Source of the DNA: Tubiluchus corallicola
Taxonomy: Eukaryota; Animalia; Priapulida
DNA: 64,000 bases
Direction of reading: 5' to 3'
Assembly (NCBI GenBank): GCA_030141605.1
Contig: JAQGDQ010000185.1
Span: 361,637 to 425,636 of the forward strand
Shown here: positions 32,434-44,000 of the stretch, one piece after another
Layout of the letters: every line of letters begins with the position of its first letter
Numbering within the stretch: position 1 is the first letter of the stretch
Made by a program: the position numbers and the translations under genes
Notes under the pieces: model-generated
What the model saw: the letters and a program-made list of their open reading frames with translations, nothing else
Told to the model about the DNA's origin: nothing
Database searches by the model: none

Positions 32434-35400
32434 TGGAAGAGGGACAGAGAGGGAGAGACAAAAAAAGAATCGTATGTTAATTTTTGACAATATACTACTG
32501 ACTGCAGTTCACGACAAGCTAGTAAGTATTTTCCTAATCCCTCTAAACCCCAAAATTAATCTAATTCTGTGTGTTTATAAGTGAAGGTCAAATTTATCAA
32601 AGTCCACAGAATAAACAGGGCCATCTTTGGAAAATACCTACCAATAGATAAATACAAAATTGACCACAAGTTTACATGCAACATCATATTGTGCGCTTTA
32701 GTGGAATAATACCCTCGCATTCGATCTTGAGTAGCACCTGTGGCTCCATCTAGTGTCAAGGATAGTAACTGCAAAAATAGTAAAGTAAAAAAATTAATCA
32801 AACATTGCATATTATAAAACACATGTTTTTACATTTGCAGCATGTGATTTGAATGAATATCTGCACTGATTTTAGCTACTCCTCAAATGAAAAAACTTTT
32901 GCTAAAAGCAGTTTGCTAACCACTTAATACAAATAGCCCTACAGGCAGCCAACATCGTACAGTATTTCCACAGTCATAATTTGCTAATCCAATCATTCTA
33001 AACACGAGGATACATTCTTTCTTCAAGTGGATAAAATGAGATCATAATCTTTGCCTACAAAACAGGAAGCCCATCAAGGAATGTTACCGAATGTACCATT
33101 CAAAAGTATCACTATCAGTAAGTCTGCAAATGAACTCACATGCAGATAATTTAAACTTTACCAAAGCTCCACTTTGAAGATCAAAGCTTCAAATTATTTT
33201 AAAACTAAATTGTAAACAAGCTTTACAAAATTTGATGCCAAAATATAGTTTAGCACAAAACATTGTTATATCAAATGACAAGGAAGCAAGCAAGCAATCA
33301 AACATAGCACAACAATTTTTCTAAGGAAGATCTCGTGAATTCTTTTACTTTAAATAGGTTAATGTTACTTAGTATAAATTAGACTTTTTTATAAATTTTC
33401 GCACCAAGAGTGCCTCTCCGAGTCCGAACATAGATTCAGCTTTTGATTGTGAAGCTTTCTCATCTTTGTACATGAATAAAGCTATCCCCGCGACGATCAT
33501 GAGTACAAAAACATATTTCTGCAAATTATATCGCTTTCCGCCAAACAGAACTCCTAATATCATCACAGGGATTGGCTTGCAAGCTTTACCTATAACCTGC
33601 AAACAAAATTTCAAAATGTGTTTAGTTTATAATCTGTGACTTAACACTTGTAGTTTTCAAATTAGTCTGAAAACATCTGAACTAGCTAAGAGTAAAAACG
33701 TAAAAGATCAGAAAAACTAGCTGTTATGGAAGCGCAATTCACTTCTGCTGGAAGATATATGAGGAGCAGGAAAAGAGGAATAATTGTTAGCAATGCTATT
33801 CTAGTAGTTCTGCAACGTTCATTCACAATACAAATTCTTAGTTCTAGTGTACAGTTATTCAGTTTGCAGAGCAGGGCTACCACTTTGCAGCTACAGAATT
33901 GTTTACTGCAACCCTCTTCCTCAGTGTTAAATTACAGTGGAAATCTACTCGTGAAGTGGGAGTTTATTTACCTTATAAATGCCAAAGGAGTGCCAACTGC
34001 AGCATTTTAGCATTTTTTATCATAGAAAGCTCAACATATTTTAACCAAACATTCTTTAAAGTCATGAAATTATCACAAATAAACATGCAACGACAGTTTC
34101 AATAAAGTGTCTATATTTCACAACAACAATGCTGGTAAAAACCATCAAAACAAACGAATTTAAATAACTACAGACTATCAATAAAACAAAGAACATAGAA
34201 GGAATCATGGGCGTTATTATAAAATAATTATAACATCCATGACTCTGCCTATAATCTTTGTTTTATTGATATTTTCAATAATGGATGCCAAACCTGTTAC
34301 AATAACTACAAACTACTTTCAATGTATCGCTTACATATTAACATTAAGAAAACACCACATGTTATGCCATTTTTCAAAGCTCACTTTAAGTAGAACAGTG
34401 CTTGATTTTAATATAAGACAAGGAAATCTAGATAAATTAGCACTAAAATAAATTGAGCTAATTGCACAACTGTTACCTGAGTAGGATAATTTACATGTTG
34501 GAGTGCATGATTACTGCTTAACATTGCTCCAAGGTAAGAAATACTGCAAATGGCATAAAGGCTAATCGGAGTATTGTCTTCTCCGGGCTGAGTCACTTCA
34601 GTTACTGCAATAAAAACAAGTCTACCATTTCCGATGTGTACTTAAAATGATTCTATTAAAGTCAATTATTGTTTTAGAAACTCCTTATAAAGAATGGTTA
34701 TTTTCATTACAAACAATATGACTATAGATTTTAGCATCGGAACATCCACTAGTCTTTGTCAACAAGACGTTTGCAAAGCCTACATAAAAGGTTGTACCAG
34801 ACAAAGTATAAATACTAATGTGGGGGAATGCAAATTCTCAGATAACTTTGGTCTTTTTCAGTTGAAATCCTGTATAACCCCTAAAACATTCCAGTATCAC
34901 CCCTAAAAGCAAAGCAGACTATAAGTCCAAGATTTTCTAGTTCCCATGTGAGAGTACCTCACATGTTCAAATTTCAAGTGAACTTTCTGTGACAAGACAC
35001 TTATGAATGTGATGAACCATTGCTGGTGCCTCCAAAGGCAAAACAGACTAACAATGAAACTTCCACAAGTTCCCATGTAGGCGCCTGGCCTGGTCGAGTT
35101 CTAAGTCCTTCAACATGCTTCTTGCTTGAATGCTCAGTTCTACACGGAGTCCGATAAAGAGTTAGAAGATAAGGACCTAGTTCATGATTAGGACACCACA
35201 CGTTGTTTTGTCATTAACACCAGTAATATCAGTGAAACACAAAACCGAAGTGTAAGGTGCTCAACTAAATAGTGAGATAAGACTTAAAGAAGCAAGGTTT
35301 CATAATATCCATGACAACCTTACATTCAGTACTTATACCACTTGAATCACAAAAAGTTTTACGTTGAATGTAATTATGCAGTTATGACCACAGTAAGTAT

Positions 35401-36467
35401 GAGCCTAAACAGAATAACTTACAGTAGCAGATATAGAAGGCATCTCACCGATTTTGGCAAAAATTCCATTAATTATACACTGTGCAAACACTAGGCAAAG
35501 GGTAAAGGTGAAGCGTTCTTTCTTCCCTCCAAATTCGTAACTACCCCTGGTTCTAAACAAAAAACGTGCATATATATATACAAATACAAAGTACACAGTT
35601 ATGTTATTGTACATAACTACAAAAATCTACATAGTTTACTAATTTCTTTCTGTTGTAGTTTAATGAAGCCAATTTTTTTCTTCTAGACAGAAGATATACA
35701 AGTACAGTAATTTGCTACATAGTATACTAACCAATAAGTTTAACCAAGTGATGGAAAAAAGTTAAAACGTGCACAAGAAAATCTAAATCCTACTAGTAAG
35801 TTGCCACATTGTGAGAAAGAAGCAGTAATGCTCTTTACTTTGAAACTGTCACCAAGTTTTTGGATAGTATACTCTTCCAAATATACAATGGGCTACATTT
35901 TGAATTCAACGCAACAAATTCGAGAAACTCGATAGATTCACAAACTCAAGAAATTTAATAAATTTCCCTCTTAAGTAAAGATTATCTTCAAGATTGGTTT
36001 TATTTATCCTCACTTTTATAATTATCAAAACAAAATTCTACAACTACAAGTACAAGTAGCATTTTAACATAATAAATTTTTTTCCGATGATTATTAATTA
36101 GAAGCTAGACACAATTACATTCCAGAAAAGCCTACTTAGACAATATTCGATAGATGGCAGGCGTATTATTATTAATACAATTTAGCAACATGATAAAATA
36201 AGGACGCTATAAATCTTACATAGTCTCCTGTATAATGCCATAATAAAAATAGCAGAAAAATATTCCAGCAAAACAAACAAGAAGTTTTTTTCGATTTGCC
36301 ATCGCTTTTATTACTTCATCTGAATATCTGGGCAGCGAAGTTTCGTCGCGTTTTAATGCCACTTCAACATTTTCATCTTTCTCATTAACAGCTGCTAGCT
36401 TCCCATCGTTTTTGTTTAATAAAGTTTCTGATGAACGATTAACTTCCACGTGTGCGGCAGCCTTCAT
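31438..36467 (-). CDS. SLC35B1: Solute carrier family 35 member B1 (AXER / UGTrel1), ER nucleotide (ATP/ADP) transporter, 7 exons
   Basis: Exons (minus) 36467-36220, 35552-35449, 34604-34477, 33596-33405, 32768-32642, 32214-32108, 31653-31438, all GT-AG and in frame: 373 aa from ATG 36467 or 318 aa from ATG 36302. Motifs [73 protein letters not shown] match SLC35B1. Start codon choice uncertain. Confidence 0.95.
32305..32460. repeat. (GA)n microsatellite in SLC35B1 intron 5
   Basis: Seen directly. Confidence 0.95.
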
Positions 36468-38024
36468 TGAAAAGCAAAATGCGTTATGTCCACAAAACTC
36501 TGCCCTTAGCAGGGTTATTTTATTCGGTTTGTTTTGTTTTCCTTTATCGTCCAAGTTCTCAACAAAATTAATTAATTTTATCATTCCTCTGCAATCCACA
36601 CTTATGACATTATCAATCATTTCGTATCTATTATTTGGGGTTGTAGGGAGGGGCGAGCATCGAATCCTAAAATTATTGATTCGAATAATTCAGCACTTCA
36701 ACCACATTCTTTATCATTAGAACGTTTGCAACATCATGTAATTAGCATAATTTAGTAGCGATTCTGTGCACAATTTTTACAGTAATTCTTAGTGGTTTTA
36801 TTGCAGAACAAAATCGAGTAATATGCATGATCTTTGTAAGACCGCTTTTTACTCGTGGTTAGCAAGCATGTTTGAATATCTTTCAATCTCAATTCGAAAT
36901 CGATTAATTAATAGGTTAAAAATTTCAATAACAGCTAGTAAGCCCAGCTGTGACAACATCACAACTAAACATAATTTTCAAGAGTCGCACAATCCGCGAG
37001 CGTGTTTCACGAATTTGTAAAAGCAAAAACTGAAATAGAACATACTCTGCGTGTCCAGTGTGATGCACAAAAATTGACAATTTAATTTCAAATTTACCAC
37101 GGTGCATGCATGCATGAGCTCTCTAATACACATGCTCAATTATAATGTTACACACCGCTTGTTTTTTTTTGTGCAACGCATTTTCTAGATACAGGTGTTC
37201 ATACTCATTTAAATAGCAAATTATGGCAAATGCACATGTAACACCAAAGAACTAACTCAGCAAGTGAAAAATTATGTTTCTGCAATAATAATTTTTTCAT
37301 GTAAGTCATTCTTAAAGAAAACTATACATTCTCTTTGAATATTTTGTAGGTTTCATTGTTTTGCGATTCAGTCTAAGATAGGGTATTGTTTTCCTTTAAT
37401 TGATGTTTTGCAGTTGTACATTATGCTGCAATGCAGGGAATGTCATTTATGTACTGCATCAATCGAGGTCATGTCAACGGTCATCCAAACTTGCATAATT
37501 ATGTTCTATTGTATGGTCTGAAGGTTATAATTATAATTACATTGAATTAAAGAACGGCATAGTTTGCTATAATTAAGAACATTTTTTCAACTTTTCTTTG
37601 ATCGGGCTATATGTATGAAGTCAGAGGCTACAACAGTGAATCAGCCTTTGTCAAAATCCGTAATATCTCTAAATTTTCTGTCTGGAATCCTTATTATGTG
37701 CAAGATAAATCGCTAAATCCCGTCGTTAAATTAATTGAGGCATAAACTCTGTACTTGAAATTAAAAGCTTGGCTTATTGCATGCAAGAGACTGCAAGAAA
37801 CTGAAACTTCAGACACCACAGCAGGACAAAAAAACAGATGTCACCTGTTATAAAAATACAAGTTTTTAAGTGGTATCGACTAATAATAATATATTCCAAA
37901 TGGACTAGCGATTTTTTTACTTGGTTATAATCTTAATAATTATTATTAACTATCATCTGTAAAGTTAACCAAAGTTTGCTCAAACATACAGTAGTCGTGA
38001 AGGTTCCTGGCATTGCTTTCTAGC
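36468..38024. promoter_or_regulatory. Divergent (bidirectional) promoter interval between SLC35B1 and ACSS2
   Basis: Head-to-head ATGs ~1.56 kb apart; small CpG-containing patch at ~36980-37120. TSSs not visible. Confidence 0.5.
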
Positions 38025-41000
38025 ATGGCTGCCGAAATGGCTGAAGTGAACGGTGCCGGTAAATTGTATAAACCTCATCCATATATTCGCGATGGATCTC
38101 ATTGTCAGTCTATGGAGGAATACCACAGACTGTACAAGCAGTCTGTGGAAAATCCAGAAACATTTTGGAAGGAAATCGCAAAAGAATTTTTTTGGTCATT
38201 CTCACCGCCATCTGCTGGGCCTGCTTTTTTACAGTACAATTTTGACTATAGAAAAGGACCAATTTCAATAGAATGGATGAAAGGATCTATGACTAATGCT
38301 TGCTATAACGTACTTGACAGGAATATTGAGAAAGGGCTTGGTGAAAAGATTTGCTTTTACTGGTAAACAAAATTTGATTTATAATTTTTATTAATAATAC
38401 TAATAATATTAATTATTATTTATTGAGTTAATGACTTAGGTAGCGCTTAACTGATTATTATCAATGATGGGCACTTTTAGTAGTGTTAATTTTTCAAAAC
38501 AATTCCATTTAATTGCCATTCCCGCTGAAATTCAATATTATAGAGCTTGGGTTCCCAACCTTAGGGTCGCGAACACAATTGCAGTCACCAAGCGCTTTTC
38601 GTGGGGTTGCGGGCTAGTCCAAAAACTATTTTTGAAAAATGCTGCTTTCATGAAATGTTCGTAAATATGTCTTGTTTCCTCAGTCTCTCATTACATCATT
38701 TATTCTGGAAAGTGAAACTGGGTTTTCCCGCTCTAAATGCGGTATACCAGTGCTTGATTTTATGGGAAAATGAAAATGCACATTGTTCCTTGCTGTACAC
38801 TCGTGTACAGTATGTGCCACCCAAAATCGTGTCGGTATTCATTTTACTTTGGATACCTATTGCTGTTGCATTACTGGTCGCTGAGAAACAGGTGCAACCA
38901 TCACATTAATGAATTAATGAAACAATCACTCATTGTTCAATAATTTGTTGATTAGTAAGTTAAAATTAATAAATGAGAACGATAAAGATGTTTTATAGTA
39001 TAGAATGTGGTTATGTTCTTCGTGGGATCGCGATATGATGCAAGGTTCTGGAAAGGGGTCACCGTCAAGAAAAGGTTGGGAACCACTGTTATAGAGTGAC
39101 TGGTGCCAAGCTAGTGTAAATTAGGGAGTAGTGCTAGGCGACCCATTGATCTTTCACCATTCCACCTCTTTTTGACTATTAGCCATAATTTTGTGTTGTG
39201 ATGAATTTCTATTTTTTTGCAACCATAGATAGCACGTGTTTGTGTGTGCCAGTGTGCTTGAATTCTTAATTTGAACGCATGCCTTATACGTACTTGGAAG
39301 CTGACTGGGCCTGATTTGAATAAGCAGTTCTGTTGGTGTGCCAGCAGGAGGGCTTGCATACATGGATATTTTATTTGTGCCCATTAAAACTACTTTAAGT
39401 TTATTTAAAACTGTGAAAATGGATTGCCTGTCATGTAGACTAAAAAGTACTATAAAACTATTATGACACCCATATTTGCCCACTTATATTGATCAGTATG
39501 TTATATATGATCAGTAGTGGGCCGATTAAGAGGAATAGCTAGAACTGTTGATGGAGAAACAACTTGTAATGCAAATGTATAATGTTTTTGTTGCAATAGA
39601 GTAATAATGGTCATCTATCTATTAGAATTATACTCGGTGGTTAATGAATTTTCATAATTTTTTCTTTGAAATCTTTTGAGATCAATTTTATAGGGAAGGC
39701 AATGAGCCAGATGACGAGTCAAAAATCACATATTCTGAACTAAGAACAGAAGTTTGCAAGTTTGCCAATGTTCTTAAAAAACACGGTAGGTGTACAGAAA
39801 CATTAGCAATTTCTTACTTGCCATTTGCAATCGTTCTTAAGAGTGTGCAGCGTCTTTCTTGTTGATTATGTACATTTTTTCCAAAAAATAAAGGTTTTTG
39901 TCTATAAATACATATTCTTCCAAAAAGGTGCCTAAATGCCAACCGTTTAAGCTTTCCTGGCTTAACCTGTCTGTTAAGTTCAAATTATTTCATTTGTACC
40001 AACTAATTAACTGTATAACTTTTTGTTCCTGTATATTAACATATTATAAGTACATGTGCAACTTTTTGATCCTGTATATTACATATTATAAGTACATGTG
40101 CAAATAGGGAAGCTATGTATAACATTGTATGTAAGATTGTGGAAACAGTTCATAATACCAGAAGCTGAAGGATCTTGATAAAAATTGCTGTTTGTAGCCT
40201 AAAGCAAGTCTTCTTGTTTTACTGTATACAAATCACTTTTATTCCAGGTGTCAAGAAAGGAGACCGAGTTGCAATTTACATGCCTATGATATTAGAACTG
40301 CAAGTAGCCATGTTAGCGTGTGCCAGGATAGGCGCGATTCATTCCATTATCGTATGAACATATATACAGAACTATTATTCTGTTAGTTCAATTGATATTA
40401 CTGAGCTACACAGTTAGATAACAAAGTATAGAAAAGGGTTTTAACACATAGTTGTGCCTCTCTCAATAAAATTTTGTCTCCTGGTGATGGTTGTGAAAAT
40501 ACCATATGATATTGCATTCTATCGGATATATTTCTAATGTATGTATTTTTTTACGCAATTTGGAATATGCAGGCCAGAATTCCCTATTCAGCGGCTGTGC
40601 TACCTTATAAAAAATCTCCAACAATATAATTGTGCAGCTGTGTCCTTTAATCTGAAATAGAACAGATAATTTCATATAATTTTGCTCAATTTTACTAAGC
40701 TATATCTATGCCAAATGGTTCTGCTTAACTTTCATAACATCTTTATGTAAATTAGAAAATCTAATTAGTCTAATGACTCTAATAAACAAAGGTTTAAGAG
40801 AAATTAATTAATCAAGTTACATGGTGGTTATCTATAAGTGTAACTACGAAATTATAACTCATTGAACGACACTTCTGTACAACCTATAATTGCAGTGTGT
40901 GAACGCCTGAAGGACCTTAATCCACGGGTAACTATTTACAAGTAAGAGGCTGATTATGTAACCAATCATAAAGGAAACCAGTTTTATAATAGAAAAAAGG

Positions 41001-44000
41001 GGGCCAATGTGAAGTCAAGCTTAAATCAGCACCGTGGCAGGTGCTAATCATTTAATGTCTAAGGCATGAACAAAACGTAACCCATTATCCAGAATGACCC
41101 TCTGAGATGAACCACTAAATCAGCAGAGGTATCTCAGCCATATTTAGATGTTTATGCCCTCACCTTAAGAGGTAAATAGGCAGAATCGGCACTGCAAGTA
41201 AAAACACTCAGAACGGGAGTCAAAGGGGTTCATCCATTCAGTCACTGACCAGCTTCAGTGTCATACTTAACTTCGGTCACCATGCATGGTGCAAAAATCA
41301 TTGGCACATGCAACTTTACTGTTTAAAATGTTACCTGTTTTAAATAATTGTTTGGCAAGGTGAAGGTTACTGTTATGTTATTCATTTCCATAATTTTTCA
41401 TTTTTTCTGTAGACTTATCAAATTCGTAAATAAGCTTATTGGATGATAAAGCTAATTTTTTTCAGTTTGGTGGTTTCTCTGGCGAGGCTTTGGCTGAACG
41501 TATTATGGATGCATCTTGCTGCCTTCTGATTACAACAGGTAGCTGCTTGTATTTTCTTGCAAGCTTAATAATGATTTAGCTTATTTTAGTGTTGCATTGC
41601 TAGTTTAAATTATGATACAATAAGTTAGCTTTACAGTTAGTCTAGATGCTCAGATCTCTTACTTCCACATTACAATTTTATGAATTGTAATTATTTTGTC
41701 GTATATGGAAAATATAAATAAATGACATTTTGGCAGTTTTTAATTGTTTTATTGCAACTTTGCTAAGCAACCTATTATCATAAGTACAACAGAATATAGG
41801 AGACAGCTCATTTTTTGACAACGTTTTTGCAGAACCATTGTAGCACAACAGTTCTGAGCAGATAGCTTAGTTATAATGAAATCCAGGAATAGTCAGTTAC
41901 GTCCAAAATCTGTTATAACACAGGTTTGCTGTAATGTGAATGTTAATATTGCCAATTCATGGACAAATAATGTACAAAATTTTCAGATGGTGTGTACAGA
42001 GGGCTGAAATTACTCAATTTAAAGAAAATCGCTGATGAAGCCTTGAACATTTGTTCTACCAAGTAAGTAGACACACCAGTGTTAATCATGTTCTAAGGAT
42101 GTCATATATATATATATATATATGTACCATATAATTAAGGATGCACCATCGTATTTGACAGAGATGTTCGAGTTCATTGTTTCAACATATACTTCAAGAT
42201 CTGTTGACAATCTATAGTTTCATATTAATTTCGTTTTTACCAAAATCTTACTTCCTATAACACTATTGTGGGTGTTTTCATCTGTTTCTTAGTAAGTCAG
42301 TAAAACATAACTTTGTATTTACTTTTTTATTTATTTGTTTTGCAGAGGTCATGTTGTAAAAAACAGTATTGTTGTGAAACATCTGGGTCCTAAACAGGGT
42401 GTGACCGATGAGCCTTTAGAAAGTCCTCCTGCTAAACGGCCGTGCTTATCATTAGAGGTGAGTGATTATGGCTGATTAGTGTGTCAATAGTAAATCAGAG
42501 CAATATGACTAATATCAGTGCTGTGATTTCAATATTTTCTCACTTTCTGGGCTCACATAGGGAACTAGCTTCCTGGTTTGGGTGCTTCTCTAATAGGTGC
42601 TGTTGTCTTAGTATGAAGTTTAGCTACTAATCGTCTATATCGACATAATTGCATAAATGTGTACTTCATTCAATTTTTGTATGATATATTTAAGGAAAAT
42701 AGCAAAAGAAACACGTGAAATTTCATCTCTTTCTAACTTGAATTACTATCACATTTTTGCTGTTTGAACCTGTTTCAGGCTGTGGTTTATTTTAGCTGCT
42801 GTGCCGAGTCATAAAAGTGGTGTTGTCATTCTTTGGTGGCTTTCAATTTTCTAAATAGATTTTCTTGCTGAAATAAAACAGTTTTATTCACTTTTTTGGC
42901 AGTAACATTCTAGGTCTTGCTGTATATTCCCTGCATTATGTCAGATCAATAGATATAGCTGCAGTATTTAAACAGCCATTTGATTATGAAGTTTTTTACG
43001 GTTGCACTATAAGTTTTACACTTATTTTAGTAGATATTTTTCATTTTCCCAAATGTTCTTTATAGCTGTTAACTGTTGTTTTAATTTTCGTCATTCTGTT
43101 GAATTTTATTCAATTATTTTTTATGCTTTTGTCACATTTTCATTATCATAAGTAACCTCTCAAAATCATATTATTTTGTACAATTGCATTTTTTATCACA
43201 AGAGAGGGACACTTCCAGGAGTCGTTTGTACTTTACGGAAGCATAAGGCAGCTTTTGCCAGACATGTGGAATGTGTCGTGTTTTGCAGTTTAATTTTTTA
43301 GATGTTTCTGTTTCTGTTAGATTTTTTATACACATTTGGATATTCATAATACATCTCCATTATTCGGTGAATCCCGCTCCACTTAGTGGTGAATTTGTAA
43401 TGCTGCCCGTGGTTAGGTGTTTAGAATAATGGAAGATAATTGATTTTAATACAAATTAATAAACTTTCGATACTGAAATGCTTTATGTGATTTGTAATTG
43501 AAATTTCAAAATCACAATTGAGAGAATTATGCTTTAATTATAATATGCATGATACACAACGACATCAGGGCTTGTTATCCACTGAAACCTATACAAATTG
43601 TTCAAAACATGGTAGCCAGGACTGTTTCAAAATTATCAGAATATGATTGTATTGCTCTGGCTTTCAAGATGCTGCATTTGTTACCTGTTAGATATCACAT
43701 ACAGTTTAAAATGCTTGTTCTTTCTTTTAAATCAGTAAAAAGCGAAGTACCATAATATTTGACAGAGATGCTCGAGTTTATTACTTCAACTTATACTTTG
43801 AGATCTGTTGACAATCTAGATTATAAAATGCTAGTGTAATAATTCATTTTTTACTGATGATTTTTCTTGTGATTTTGTGCTCTTTGTGGCAATTAAAAGT
43901 GATTTTTAGATTTTAGATGATTTTCTTTTGTTTTTTGCAGCACCACTGACAGTATTTGTTAGTATTGTGATGAGTGCTTATAAACAATAAACTGTAACTG

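Noticed and set aside
36468-36620. Further upstream extension of the SLC35B1 exon-1 ORF in the ORF track
   Set aside because: Track start is a weakly supported upstream ATG in AT-rich UTR-like sequence with no family similarity; cannot be supported without transcripts.
41027-41047. TCAGCACCGTGGCAG resembling an NRSE/RE1 site
   Set aside because: One-base deletion in the right half-site, lies in a SINE body in a housekeeping gene, and canonical REST regulation is mainly a vertebrate feature.
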